Source of the DNA: Dendrobates tinctorius
Lineage: Eukaryota
DNA length: 64,000 nucleotides
Reading direction: 5' to 3'
Assembly: GCF_039654945.1 (NCBI RefSeq)
Contig: NW_027362062.1
Location: 2,852,001-2,916,000, forward strand
In this document: one piece after another, positions 14,014 through 26,146 of the stretch
How positions within the stretch are numbered: position 1 is the stretch's first letter
Layout: each line of letters begins with the position of its first letter
Made by a program: the position numbers and the translations under genes
Notes under the pieces: model-generated
Database searches by the model: none
What the model saw: only the letters and a program-made list of their open reading frames with translations
What the model was told of the DNA's origin: nothing

Positions 14014-16113
14014 TTATATCAGTCCCAAAAAATAAAACGGCTTTTTGTGTCTATACTTAACACAGATAAAAGCAGTTTTCATCACCTTTTTTTTTCCTTC
14101 CTCCTGACTGAGCTGATTCTTGGCTCAAACACCTGTTACATTGCACAGCCTGGAAGGTCACTCTCAGGCTCAAGCATGCTGCAGCCTGGAAGCTTCAAGG
14201 AAAATGCTGGCTGTTGGAAATCCACATTCCTGGACCATCACCCCCTGGACAGCTTTGGGGGTCAGGTATTGCCCGCAAATGCGGCCAAACTGTTGTTACC
14301 AGTTTCCCTTTCTTTTGCTAAGAAACGTCTGTGTGTGAAGGCTTATGTGGATTGTGGTGCTGCCATCAACCTTATGGATTTTTTATTTGCTAAGAGCCTT
14401 GGTGTACCTCTGTCAAGGCTTAAAGCGCCTATTCAGACTACTGCGATTAATGGTACATCTATATTCCAAGGAGGCGTGGAATTCGTTACTGCCGAAATTT
14501 CTATGTCAGTGGGGACATTACATAACGAACAAATGTCATTTTGTGTTATATACAATTTATTAGATCCAGTTGTGTTAGGCATGCCATGGTTACACCAACA
14601 TAATCCGGTTATTGACTGGCGCATAGGTGACGTTGTGCGCTGGAGTCCATGGTGTCAGAGTAACTGTATGTCTTTTTCAGTAAACCAGATTAAAATTAAA
14701 ACACCTTCTATTCCATATGCGTTTAGGGATTATGAAGATGTTTTCTCTATAGTGGAGTCGGAGAAACTACCTCCTCACAGAGAATACGATTGTCCTATTG
14801 AATTGGTCCCTGGTGCCCGTCTCCCTAAGGGGAGAATATTCAACCTCTCTGGTCCTGAGCGTGTAGCCATGAAGGAATACATAGCAGACAGCCTTCGAAA
14901 AGGCTTCATTAGACCTTCCACCTCACCTGTAGGAGCTGGGTTTTTCTTTGTAGAGAAAAAAGATGGTGGACTTAGACCATGCACTGACTACCGTGAGCTG
15001 AACGCCATAACCGTAAAAAATCAATACCCGCTGCCACTCATTCCTGATCTGTTTAATCAGTTACTGGGAGCTCGCTGGTTTACTAAGCTTGACCTCCGGG
15101 GGGCATATAACCTGGTCCGCATAAGAGATGGGGACGAATGGAAAACGGCCTTTAATACACCCCTTGGCCATTTTGAGTACCTGGTAATGCCCTTCGGACT
15201 CAGTAACGCTCCTGCAGTATTCCAGCACTTCGTCAATGATATTTTCAGAGATATTTGTGGGGTGTATGTCGTCGTATATCTGGACGACATTTTGATTTAT
15301 TCTGCTGACCCTGTGACTCATGCTCAACACGTCCGTTCAGTACTGCAAAGACTGCGCGAAAACTCTTTGTTCGCGAAATTTGAAAAATGTGGTTTTTTTG
15401 CCGAAGAGGTGCAGTTCTTAGGATACATGGTCTCAGGCAAGGGGTTCCGCATGGATCCCGCCAAGATTCAACCCATTAAGGATTGGGTACAACCCAAATC
15501 GCTGAAAGCACTCCAGCGATTTTTGGGATTTGCGAATTATTATCGCAAATTCATCAGGGGATTCTCAGAGATTGCCAAGCCACTCACGGACCTTACCCGG
15601 AAAGGGGCGGACGTGACTAATTGGAATCCTGAGGCAACCAGGGCTTTTTCCACACTAAAAGAGTGCTTCGTGGCCAACCCGGTGTTGATTCAACCAAACT
15701 TGGACCACCCGTTTATTGTGGAAGTAGATGCCTCCGAAGTCAGAGTGGGAGCAGTGCTCTCACAAGGCTCTGCATCCCTCACTCAGCTTCGTCCATGTGC
15801 CTTTTTCTCCCGCAAATTCTCTGCCACGGAGAGAAACTATGATATCGGCAACCGAGAATTATTGGCAATTAAGTGGGCCTTCGAGGAATGGCGCCACTTC
15901 CTCGAAGGCGCCAAACACAAAATTACTGTTATTACCGATCACAAAAACCTAACCTACCTAGAGTCGGCTAAAAGACTAAACCCTAGGCAGGCCAGGTGGG
16001 CCTTGTTTTTTCTCCAGGTTCGATTTTTTAATCACCTTTCGCCCCGGAACCAAAAATGTGAGGGCAGATGCCCTCTCCCGCAGCTTTTGTCACACACACA
16101 CCGAGGACTATAA
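13444..16113 (+). CDS. Gypsy A pol, first part (protease-RT-RNase H); the ORF is open from within the 5' LTR
   Basis: AYVDCGAA (aspartic protease), [37 protein letters not shown] and TDHKNL; +1 frameshift in a T6 run at 16006-16011. Confidence 0.9.
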   Translation: MTLTSAWILTLLLPNDSVPLRLSWFMTLTSAWILTLLLPNDSVPLRLSWFMTLTSAWILTLLLPNDSVPLRLSWFMTLTSAWILTQLLSNDSVPLRLSWFMTLASTWYLSLLLSTVLIPFLPDWFSLGYHCLCVLCWNTFLATVLLWSLLLFRQHLLGSAINPDPCIGVKGLSVSRGVVRLQSRPQADVTLYQSQKIKRLFVSILNTDKSSFHHLFFSFLLTELILGSNTCYIAQPGRSLSGSSMLQPGSFKENAGCWKSTFLDHHPLDSFGGQVLPANAAKLLLPVSLSFAKKRLCVKAYVDCGAAINLMDFLFAKSLGVPLSRLKAPIQTTAINGTSIFQGGVEFVTAEISMSVGTLHNEQMSFCVIYNLLDPVVLGMPWLHQHNPVIDWRIGDVVRWSPWCQSNCMSFSVNQIKIKTPSIPYAFRDYEDVFSIVESEKLPPHREYDCPIELVPGARLPKGRIFNLSGPERVAMKEYIADSLRKGFIRPSTSPVGAGFFFVEKKDGGLRPCTDYRELNAITVKNQYPLPLIPDLFNQLLGARWFTKLDLRGAYNLVRIRDGDEWKTAFNTPLGHFEYLVMPFGLSNAPAVFQHFVNDIFRDICGVYVVVYLDDILIYSADPVTHAQHVRSVLQRLRENSLFAKFEKCGFFAEEVQFLGYMVSGKGFRMDPAKIQPIKDWVQPKSLKALQRFLGFANYYRKFIRGFSEIAKPLTDLTRKGADVTNWNPEATRAFSTLKECFVANPVLIQPNLDHPFIVEVDASEVRVGAVLSQGSASLTQLRPCAFFSRKFSATERNYDIGNRELLAIKWAFEEWRHFLEGAKHKITVITDHKNLTYLESAKRLNPRQARWALFFLQVRFFNHLSPRNQKCEGRCPLPQLLSHTHRGL

Positions 16114-17875
16114 ACCAGCTCCCATATTGGCTAATGGCATTGTTGTGTCGGCAGTATCTCTGGACCTTCTGGAGGAGATCCGTAGGTCATCAGAACAAGT
16201 TCCTGACACTACGCCCCCCAAAAAATTATTTGTCCCAGCTACCTTTCGCTTACGAGTGTTAAAAGAATCTCACGACTCCGTCCTGGCAGGCCTCCCTGGT
16301 CTCAATAATACCACTAGGCTGGTAACCAGGAACTTTTGGTGGCCAACGGTGGCCAAGGACTGTAAGGAGTACGTCTCAGCGTGTGAAGTCTGTGCCCGCG
16401 CCAAGTCCCCCCATAACCATCCTGCCGGCTGGCTTCAGCCCTTGCCCACCCCTGAAAGTCCATGGACCCACATCTCCATGGACTTCATTACAGATCTGCC
16501 ACCCTCCGAGGGGAAAACTTGTATTTGGGTGGTGGTGGACAGGTTCAGTAAACAGTCTCACTTTGTTCCCCTGTCCGGCTTACCCAACTCTGAAACCTTA
16601 AGTAAGTTGTTTGTTCTTCACGTTGTACGTTTGCACGGCGTTCCGGCAAATATCGTATCCGACAGGGGTACCCAGTTCGTCTCGAAGTTCTGGAGGGCGT
16701 TCTGTAGACGTATTGGTGTTGAGTTGTCTTTTTCCTCGGCATACCATCCCGAGACGAATGGTCAAACTGAGCGTGCCAACCAAACGCTGGAGCAATACCT
16801 CCGCTGCTATGTCTCAGCACATCAGTCAGATTGGGTGGAACATTTGCCATTGGCAGAGTTCGCTCTCAATAATAGATACCAAGACTCCATCAAAACCACC
16901 CCCTTCTTCTGTAACCTCGGACTACATCCGCGCTTTGGATCATTTTCGGCCAAGATGTCGGAAATCCCAGGGTTTGAGCAAAATATACATCGTCTAAAGA
17001 CTATTTGGTCCGAAGTAAACTCTAATTTAAAAGGGGCTCAAATTAGACAGACTTCGGCAGCCAATAGACGACGATCCCAGGGGCCGCACCTGGGAGTTGG
17101 TGACAAGGTTTGGCTCTCTACAAGAAACATCAAACTTAAGGTACCGTCAGCCAAACTGGGTCCCAGGTTCATCGGACCATATGAAATATTAGAGGTAATT
17201 AACCCAGTAGCGTTTCGGTTAAAGCTCCCGCAGTCTTTTAAAATTCCTAACGTTTTTCATAAGTCCCTCCTCAAGGTATACCGCTCCCCAATTCATCCCA
17301 TCCGGTCCCCTCCTCCTCCAGTTTTAGTCAAGGGCGCCTTGGAGTACGAGGTCCAGGGCATATTTGATTCCCGTCTAGTGAGAAACTCGGTACAATATTT
17401 GGTGCATTGGAAGGGCTACGGCCCAGAGGAGAGGTCCTGGGTCCCCGCTAGTGACATTCGTGCAAAGCGGTTGATTAGCAGGTTTCACCTCCTCCACCCT
17501 GACAAACCGGGTTTTGAGGGTCCGGAGGCCCCTCTTAGAGGGGGGGTACTGTCACGGCACCGCCAGACTCAGGGCCTGCTGTCCCGGCCTCGGCCAGTAG
17601 GAGGCGCCGGACTATCACATCACCGTCAGACTCAGGGCCTGCTGTTCCGGCCTCGACCACTAGGAGGCGCCGGACTGTCCTATCACCGTCTGACCCGTGG
17701 CCTGCAGTCTCGGCCTTGGTCTCTGGGAGGCGTTGTGCTTCAACCCCGAGTGGTGGCGGCGATAGTCATGAGGCTCCTGCGCAGGCGTCCGCTGGACGCA
17801 GGCTTCGCTCCTCGGTCAGTCATGAAGGGGCTGGTGCATTACCATCCAGCCTGGTCCTGGGGGCGGTCCGGATGA
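16058..17875 (+). CDS. Gypsy A pol, second part (integrase plus chromodomain), reading into the 3' LTR
   Basis: [14 protein letters not shown] zinc finger (second His lost), [23 protein letters not shown] module, [25 protein letters not shown] chromodomain. Confidence 0.9.
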   Translation: MRADALSRSFCHTHTEDYKPAPILANGIVVSAVSLDLLEEIRRSSEQVPDTTPPKKLFVPATFRLRVLKESHDSVLAGLPGLNNTTRLVTRNFWWPTVAKDCKEYVSACEVCARAKSPHNHPAGWLQPLPTPESPWTHISMDFITDLPPSEGKTCIWVVVDRFSKQSHFVPLSGLPNSETLSKLFVLHVVRLHGVPANIVSDRGTQFVSKFWRAFCRRIGVELSFSSAYHPETNGQTERANQTLEQYLRCYVSAHQSDWVEHLPLAEFALNNRYQDSIKTTPFFCNLGLHPRFGSFSAKMSEIPGFEQNIHRLKTIWSEVNSNLKGAQIRQTSAANRRRSQGPHLGVGDKVWLSTRNIKLKVPSAKLGPRFIGPYEILEVINPVAFRLKLPQSFKIPNVFHKSLLKVYRSPIHPIRSPPPPVLVKGALEYEVQGIFDSRLVRNSVQYLVHWKGYGPEERSWVPASDIRAKRLISRFHLLHPDKPGFEGPEAPLRGGVLSRHRQTQGLLSRPRPVGGAGLSHHRQTQGLLFRPRPLGGAGLSYHRLTRGLQSRPWSLGGVVLQPRVVAAIVMRLLRRRPLDAGFAPRSVMKGLVHYHPAWSWGRSG

Positions 17876-18492
17876 CATCATCAGGCCACGGGCCTGTAAG
17901 GGATGACCTGATCCCTCAAATACCTTGGGACTGCTCTTGCAGGCCGCCGGATATATTCTTGGTTCCCCTGCGTGTTACTGTGTGATTTACTGTTGACTGA
18001 CTCTGACTTTTGCCTGGACTTCTGACCCTTCTTCTGCCTAACGATTCTGTACCTCTGCGACTCTCCTGGTTTATGACACTGACTTCGGCCTGGATTCTGA
18101 CTCTGCTTCTGCCTAACGATTCTGTACCTCTGCGACTCTCCTGGTTTATGACACTGACTTCGGCCTGGATTCTGACTCTGATTCTGTCTAACGATTCGGT
18201 ACCTCTGCGACTCTCCTGGTTTATGACTCTGGCTTCGACCTGGTATCTGTCTTTGCTTCTGTCTACCGTGCTAATACCATTTCTGCCTGACTGGTTTAGT
18301 CTCGGATATCATTGCCTCTGTGTCCTGTGTTGGAACACCTTTCTGGCGACCGTCCTGCTCTGGTCTTTGCTCCTATTCAGACAGCACCTCCTGGGCTCTG
18401 CTATAAATCCAGATCCCTGTATAGGGGTAAAGGGTATCAGTGTTTCTCGGAGTGTTGTCCGGCTGCAGCCCAGACCGCAGGCAGACGTCACA
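17550..18492 (+). repeat. Gypsy A 3' LTR (943 bp; three 75-bp units)
   Basis: Follows the PPT; ends in CA plus the TSD. Confidence 0.95.
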
Positions 18493-18615
18493 GGGACCTT
18501 CCAGGTCCAAGTCCAACAGGGCGCTGTACCAGCTTCGTCCTGGCCACATGGGAGCCACCAGGATTGTCGTAACCCTGTCTGCTCTGATCTTCTGTAACGT
18601 TCTTGCCAGCATAGG

Positions 18616-19770
18616 TGTCACGGTCACGTGTGTCTGGACGCAGCGAGTACCGCAAGGCGAACCCATGTGACACACATGACCCTGGATACACCGCCTCCAG
18701 TGGGGCGAATTTAAATAACACGTGCAGCTGGATACACCGCCTCCAACTGGCGAATGTAGACATTACACGTATATACAAGTCTGGAAACCCCGCCTCCAGT
18801 AAGGCGAATTTAAGTAATAAGGGAAACCTGGGAAACATTAACAATGGTGGGCCCTGCGATAGGGAATAGGGAAATGGAGACCTCCTGAGCTCCCCTGAGC
18901 CAGTGTCCCTGCACTCCTAACGTTTCCTATGCCGATTCCGCACCAGGCGCGCAATAGGAACCTAAAAACCCTAGCTCGTCCTGACCTTAGCCCTCACTAG
19001 GGAATTGCTCGGTGCAGAAACTAATCCCACCACTGCACTAAAACACACATGAGGAAACATGACAAAACAGGGGAAACACCACTTAGCTTTGCTCCGTTGC
19101 GTACGCTCCTAGCAACAGAGCCCACCACCTGTGTGCATCTTCTCCTCCCCCTGGATCCATCACCATAACTGGATCCTTCACCATAGTGCAGCCTTGGAGC
19201 AGAGTCCACCACCAGTTGCAGCTGTCCAGTAACAGAGTCCCAAAGATGAGTTCAGCTCCTGCCCAAAAAGTCCAGGATGCTTGAGTCCAGCTCTCAGCAA
19301 CCAAGTCCCGCATGCTGAGTGCAACTCTCTCCATAGTCGTCACTCCACCAAGCCATGCAAGCACCTCCTGCCAACACCATAAACTGTGACTCCACCACGC
19401 CATGCCAGCCCTTCTTGCAGACCACCTAGCTGCCACTTGTCCCCTCTGGCTGGGCTGCGCAGGACTCATGTTCAGCTCCTTCTTTCACCCAGGCTTCCTT
19501 GTGAATGACTAACACACAATATCACCAACAGTGATTGAACCCACCTGGCTCCCTTTTATAGAGCCTAACACCTGATTTGTAATTGCGTGCACATTAACCC
19601 TAAAACCAAGGTGCGATACCACTCACCACCACCGGGCAACTTAGAATGAAACACCACGTGCAATAATTCCAATGGCCACCAGGGCCAATCACATCACCTT
19701 GGCACCTAGCCAAAGGGAAAAAAGTTCACTTTATGTATTTAAGCTGTCAGCTCCACCTTGGATCATGACA
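18616..19770 (-). mobile_element. Solo LTR (1155 bp) inserted in the DIRS methyltransferase-like region
   Basis: TGTCA..TGACA ends, 5-bp TSD ATAGG (18611-18615 and 19771-19775); the DIRS reading frame resumes across it. Confidence 0.88.
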
Positions 19771-21402
19771 ATAGGGATTGGGGGAAAGGCGTAGGCCAGT
19801 CTGAAGATCCATGGATGGGCGAATGCATCCGTCCCCCGGGCTCCGTACATGGGACTGAGGGAGAAATAGGTTGTTGTTTTTGTATTTTGCGCACTTGCAA
19901 ATAGGTCGACTTCTGGGTCTCCCCATCTCGAGGCTAGAGCCTGGAATACCTCCTGGTTCAGACACCACTCTCCCGGATGGACGTCCTTCCTGCTTAGGAA
20001 GTCCGCCTGGATGTTTTCCGACCCCTTCAGGTGTACCGCAGAAATGGATAACAGGTGCATCTCTGCCCAGAGGAAGATCCTTGTTGCCACCCTCTTTAGA
20101 CTGGCGTACTTCGTGTCCCCCTGGTGTCTGAGATATGCCACCGTGGTTATGTTTTCGGAGTATACCCGAACGTGATGGTTGTTGATAAGGGCAGACGCGG
20201 CTTTCAGTGATTCTTCCACTGCCGTCAATTCCCTTAAGTTCGAGGATCTGGATCTTATGTCCTGGGGCCACTGTCCCTGGAAGTATGAATCCTCCACCAC
20301 GGCTCCCCAGCCTCTCAGACTGGCATCAGTACATAATATCTTCAGAGGAAGCTGATCCCAGCTTATTCCTCTCCTCGTCTCAATTTTCGGTAATTCAGCC
20401 ACCACAAGAGGGCCGATTTTACATGTCCTGGAAGTGGAACCCTTTTTGATAGGTTGTTTGGATACTTCCTCGCGTTTACCAGGACGTATGACTGGAGGAC
20501 TCGCGTGTGTGCGCTTGTGCCCAGGATACCGCCTGAATGCACGGTGTCAGGGAACCCAGGATAGACATGGCGTCCCTCAGCGTCGGTGCCCTTTGTTCTC
20601 TGAACCGGACTATTCTCTGCCGAAGGTCTGCTTGACGATCCTCGGGGAGAAAGGACGTCCTCTTTCCTGAATCTAAGAGGAGCCCCAGGAATTTTTTCCT
20701 TGGGGAAGGATAGAGGGCCGACTTCTGGAGATTTGTTATCCACCCTAGAAATTCGAGTATCTGCAGGGCTTTCGATACGTCCTGGTTCAGCCGGGCTACC
20801 GATGGAGCGACGATCAGCAGATCGTCTAGATATGGCACAATGCCTATCCCCTGAAGACAAATTGAGATGACCGCTTCCCTCATGATTTTCGTAAACACCC
20901 TCGGTGGCGGGGATACGCCAAATGGCAGGGCATTGAACTGGAGATGGCTGACTCCTTGGTCGTGGGAGACCGCGAACCTCAGGAACTTCCGGTGATCCGG
21001 ATGAATGGGGATGTGGTAATAAGCGTCCCTTAGATCTATTGTAGCCATCTGCCAGCCCCGTCCAATAAGAGGGATCGCCGATTTCACTGACTCCATCTTG
21101 AACCTTCGATACTTGATGAAGCGGTTCAGGGGTTTCAGATTTATGATGAGCCTGTGCTTTCCTGAGGGTTTTCTTATCAGGAACAGGCGAGAGTAATGTC
21201 CTCTGCCAACCTCTTGTGGAGGTACATACGAGATCACTCTTTCCCGTAATAGATCTTCTATTTGAAGCAGCAGAACCTTTTGGAGACTTGGGGACTGTTC
21301 CGGGGTGATTCTCAGGGCATGTGGGGGGGGTGTTCGAACTCCAGTTTCAGCCCAAATTGTATAGTATGCAGGATCCACCGGTTCGAGGTCGTGGCCTGCC
21401 AT
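19771..21402 (-). pseudogene. DIRS reverse transcriptase, RNase H and DNA adenine methyltransferase-like region, frameshifted
   Basis: RLIINLKPLN, IDLRDAYYHIPI, LPFG and YLDD (RT); TDASLRGWG and NLREL (RNase H); DLFAS...YAFPP (MT-like); split across three ORFs. Confidence 0.88.
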
Positions 21403-21640
21403 TGGGCGAGAAACTGAGTGAGTCGACCCCCGACCTGAGAGTCACTGTTTCTCTGGGGGCTGTTGCTGCTGGGGCACAAGGATGTTTCTTCCTTTACCCC
21501 CTTTCGGGTAGCTCCATCGTCCCGTCTTGCCTTTCCATCTGAATGCCTTCTGAGAGGTCTGCTCTCTTGAGGGACAAAAAAAAAAAAAAAAAAAAAAAAA
21601 ATCGCCTTTTGGTGGCTTTCTGCTCCGGCAGTGATTTCTT

Positions 21641-22830
21641 TTAGTCGGAGGCCTTCTCAAGGATGTCATCCAAGACAGGCCCAAACACGTGGTGCCCCTG
21701 GAAGGGGATGGCACAGAGTTTTGTCTTGGAGGTGATGTCGCCACCCCATGACTTCAGCCACAAGGCTCTCCTAGCCGAATTTGAAAGGTCTAGGGACCTT
21801 GCTGCTACCCGTACCGTTTCTCCTGAAGCATCGGCTAAATTACCTGTTGCCTTCTGGAGGATTGAAAGGGAGACTAAGATTTCCTCTCTGGGGGTACCCC
21901 CTGATAGGTGGTCCTCCAACATATGCAGCCAGAAGAATAAAGATCTGGCTACGCAGGTGGATGCAATATTCGCTTTGAGCAGGTTCGTAGAAGCTTTCCA
22001 GGATTTTTTAAGGTGACTTTCTATTTTGCAATCCATAGGATCCTTCAACTGGGAAGCATCCTCAAAGGGAAGGGATGTTTTCTTAGTAACTTTAGAGACT
22101 TGAACGTCTATTTTAGGGATCTCCCAAATAGAATTGTCACCTTCTAGGGGAAAGCGATTTTTTAGCTCAGAGTGCCTTCCCGAGGGAGGACCACTCCTGA
22201 GCTATTAGGTCCTGTATAACTTCATGAACCGGGAAATCCTTCCTACCTCTGGGTTTCAACCCCCCAAACATCTCATCCTGGACTGAGAGCTTGACCTCCT
22301 CCACTCCCACGGTATTTCTTACCATGAAGACCAACTCCTCCAAATCCTCAGAGGAGAAATAGTATTTTTTTGCGTCATGTTTGGAGGTGGATGTGGAGCC
22401 CTCATTTTCTCAAATATCCTAGGATCCTGAGGAACGGACTTCCCCTGAATCTGAGTCGGCTTCCATAGGCGCCCTTTTCCTCTTTTTTGGGTAAGGGCCC
22501 TGGGCTGCCATGGGGGTCTGAACCTCCTGTCTTATGAGATTCTTTATGCTGTCAAACAGGGAGGGTTGCTCGGTGCGCAGGATATTCTGCGTACAAGGTT
22601 GGCATATCTTCTTTTTATAGTCAGAAGAAAACCTGGCACCACATATACCCCACTTGCGGGGGTTTCAAGGGGCAGAGGCCTTGTCTTCCTGTAAGAAGAA
22701 AGAGAAGGCTTACTCAGACCTGTGCCACCAATTTTTTTTGACAGACAAGGGACCAGCCCTGCTACTCGCTGTAGGAGGGGGAACGTTGGGCTCCGCAGAT
22801 GCTGCAGTCGAGGGCTTCTCACCATCCATG
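21641..22830 (-). pseudogene. DIRS gag-like ORF1, fragmented
   Basis: KDPMDCKIE...NSARRALWLKSWGGD...IPFQGHHVFGPVLDDILEK, typical of vertebrate DIRS ORF1; Cys-rich pieces upstream. Confidence 0.75.
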
Positions 22831-23483
22831 TCTGCACACACCACAGACACACTGCGCTTACCTGGGGCCGTGGCACCCTTATGTGGGTGTTGCCGCGTTC
22901 GTTGCCTGGTGCTCCTCCTTCCCCCTGTCCCTGGGGAGGACCCATCGCTCGACCCCTGCTGCCCTAGGATCAATTTCCCGGGTCCCCGGTGCCAGCACGC
23001 GTTTCTTATCACAGGAACGCCGGGGGACGCAAACCGGAAGAGCGCGTCACCGTCACTTCCGGTCGACAGCCCGCCCCCTCAGACGCGCGCGCGGCTCTCC
23101 AACGCAGTGTGGGAGGAAGGAGGAAGCCGGGGAGCTGCTACAGGATCCCGGCAGGCACCATACCACCCCGCTTTACCCCGGAGGGCGCGGGAGGGGTGGC
23201 AGACGTCCCGAGTCACACCAGCGGTGGAGACGGGAGCAGCGCTTGGAGGAGGAGAGGCGAACCTTCCCGACCTCGGCTGCCCAGCTGTAAGTACATATGG
23301 GCTCCGCTCGCTGGCCACGGCAGCCCCTTGTAACCTCTTCATACCCCGATAGGGGACAGGAAAAACACTGGGGTAGCAGGAAGGGGAGGGTTATTTAACC
23401 TCTTTGTGTTTCCTGTCCCCCATTAGGGCGGGGAGCCAACCTCCAAGGTGGCTGTCGTGGAAGGTGACTAGAGAAAAAAAAAT

Positions 23484-24117
23484 TGTCATGATCCCAGTGC
23501 AGGTTTTTGAGCTGCACACCGGGGGTTAATGTCTGGAGCTCTGTGCAGGTTTTGACCTGCACACTTGGGGTTAATGATTGTGGCCTCTTTCTGGTTCTGG
23601 GAGAGCTTCATAAACCCCTGAGTAGCTTCAATCCCTGCCAGTTATACTTTTGCCTTTGGCCGAGTGTACTGACCCCCGTGTGCCTGTTTGTTGCTATAGC
23701 TTGTTTATATGGTTCTGACCCGATTCTGTTTCCCATTGTGAGTTTGCCTGTTGATTTTGTACTGCGTTATTATCTGTATATAACCCATTGCCTGTGACCT
23801 GATTACTCTCTGCTCGCCCCTCTTGTACCTTGCAGCTATCTCTGTGTGTGACTCTTTGGCTACGTCCTGACTATTCTCACTGTCTATGCCCCTTGGTAAC
23901 TTTGTCTCGCAGTTACTCTGCTAGGAATTGTCTTCCAGCTCCTAGCTCTGTGGAGTTTAGGCCACGCCTCTAGCAGTCACGTGCTTCAGGTCCTGCGGGT
24001 GTGAAGTACACAAATACTCGGTTGCTGCCCGCTCCACAGGTAGCTTTGAGCACTGTTCGCTTTACTCAGGACACGCGCACTGGCTCAGTGAGCAAGTTCA
24101 GTGCGGTGTCTCTGACA
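23484..24117 (+). mobile_element. Solo LTR (634 bp) abutting the DIRS terminus
   Basis: TGTCATGATCC...CTGACA, TSD AAAAT; 3' end shared with the solo LTRs at 58716 and 62344. Confidence 0.88.
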
Positions 24118-25417
24118 AAAATCATAATAAACACTAAGTAGGGTGAAAGATACAGTATGATTCCAGGTGGCCAGAAATTGCATTGCAGTAGTAATAAATC
24201 AAAGTGTACTGTACAACACCCAACCTTACAATTCTAAGTACCTGCAGGATAATGGTACATTATATATTCGTGGAAGAACCAGGCCAAATAGTACCCTAAC
24301 TAAAGATAATTCCTCACTGGTACGGGATGCGATGTTGGACCAGTTGCTGTTGTGCTTGCGATGAGGGGATGCTTGGGGGGTGAAAAAGTCTAGTGCCCTT
24401 TGTGGCGAAGTAGATTTTGAGTGGTGCGGTGGGAGGGGGCTGGGGTGGATTGGACCTGATATCCGTGGGGGGCGAAATATGATGCGGAGTGGCGCGGCTG
24501 GCGGGGATGGTTTTCCCGCTGAAATGAGGCACTGATGTATAATTTTGATTTTTGTTTATTTGTGGAGCCATGTTGTTTATAGGCTCAATTTTATGCAAAT
24601 ATCTGTGTTTTGAGATTTCTTCTTTTTATTTATTCTTACACAGGAAGAGTTTTACCCTTTAAATAATATCTGCTCTCAATGTAATTTTTACTAGCTATAT
24701 AAGATGTCATATTCTTTCTGTATTGATTCCTGAATGTTTAATAAAAAAGATCTGATTCAAAAAAAGATAATTCCTATACAGGGTCAATAAGTTATAAAAC
24801 ACATGGAAGAAAATCCAGATCCCAAAAATATAACGCCACAATAAGTACAGAGATGAACTTCTATCCCTTAAACAGCCCGATAATGATGGGAGAAATTGCC
24901 CCAATGCGTGGTTCTCGGTACCTTCTTCGGGCGGTGTATGAAAAGGGGGCATATAAGACTTCTTTATTATTTATTATAGCGCCATTTATTCCATGGCGCC
25001 TTATATGCAAAAAGGGTTATACAAAATAAAAAACAAGGACAGTAATCTTAAACAATATAAGTCATGACTGGTACAGGAGGAGAGAGGATCCTGCCTGCGC
25101 GTTCTCACTATCTACTTCTACATCATTACTCACCCATGTAAGTTTGCGGCTATGCTGCACTTCCAGTGGCGAGGCCGTGAGCCGGAAGCCACGTAACCAG
25201 TGTCCGACGTCACATATCTCTGCCCCCCGGCTGATGCGTCAGCAAAGAGGGCCGGGAGTGTAACATCAATGTCCATCTCAAGAAAAAAAAAAAAAAAGGT
25301 TGACTATCTGACCGAATGAGAGAAATTTTTAAAGCCGTTAAAAGAGAATGTACAATAAAAGCCCCAAATGTGCCTGGTTAGGAATGAGGGAAAATGGCTC
25401 AGTCCTGAACTGGCTAA

Positions 25418-25891
25418 AGGAAACCTGTCAGGTCAAAAAATGCTATTAACCTGCAGATATAGGGTTAATCTGCAGGATATTAGTGTTTGGAAGCTGTGCG
25501 GCTGCTGGAGGAAATTAACTTTATTACTCCTGGCAGGCTCCGGCTTTCAGTCATAGAGGCGCGGTCAGCATGGCTTTAATCACCGCTCAAAACATAGTGA
25601 ACTGCGGCTGTAACCTCGCCCCAGCACTGACTGCCAGTCGGCTCTAAAGTGCATTAGTGCTGTGCCGGCTGTCAGCCAGTGTCGAGGCGCAATTACAGCC
25701 ACAGCTCCCTACTTAATGAGCGGTGACTGAAGCCGCGCCTCTATGACTGAAAGCCGGAGGCTGCTGGGAAAAATAAAATTCAGTTGCTCCCAATAGCTTG
25801 GCTTTCAGTGCAGCAGACAGTCAACTTTAGAACGCCATTAACCTGCACCTCTTACCAGGTTAATAGTGTTTTTTGACATGACAGGTTCCCT
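25418..25891. mobile_element. T2/Kolobok-type MITE
   Basis: AGGAAACCTGTCA / TGACAGGTTCCCT inverted ends, (C/T)TAA flanks, largely palindromic interior. Confidence 0.8.
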
Positions 25892-26146
25892 TTAAGGATG
25901 AGACCTAGGTTATTCCCATCTTATCACATTAGGATAGGTGATAGCATGCTAAAATGGAAATAAATCTTTAAAGGCATTTTCTAAGAATTTTCAAGTGAGA
26001 ATGAACTGTTACTTACCATTACAATCCCCTGCGGCTCCGGTGGTCTCCACCAGTACACATCAAACAAATAAGGATTGTGCAAGGTAAGAAAAACTGATTT
26101 TTTTTATTATTATACAATCATTTTATAAGTTTACTTACGAAATATT

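Larger units (their letters stand above)
12536..18492 (+). mobile_element. Ty3/Gypsy chromovirus-type LTR retrotransposon A, lacking gag, nested in DIRS
   Basis: TG..CA LTRs at 12536-14013 and 17550-18492, 5-bp TSD GGGAC (12531-12535 and 18493-18497), PPT agaggggggg at ~17537-17546, PR-RT-RH-IN-chromodomain order. Confidence 0.96.
11084..23476 (-). mobile_element. DIRS1-like tyrosine-recombinase retrotransposon, interrupted by two LTR insertions
   Basis: Non-identical inverted terminal repeats (~11087-11230 and ~23352-23476), internal complementary region at 11310-11396, gag, RT, RNase H, methyltransferase-like and YR ORFs on the minus strand, A-rich flanks. Confidence 0.93.

Noticed and set aside
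22654-23352. GC-rich overlapping plus-strand ORFs
   Set aside because: They are antisense to the DIRS 5' region; low stop frequency in GC-rich DNA explains them.
24895-24940. Minus-strand CCGAAGAAGGTACCGAGAACCACGCATTGGGG, resembling a Penelope-type hammerhead
   Set aside because: It lacks CUGANGA, GAAA and the NUH triplet; at most a decayed relic.
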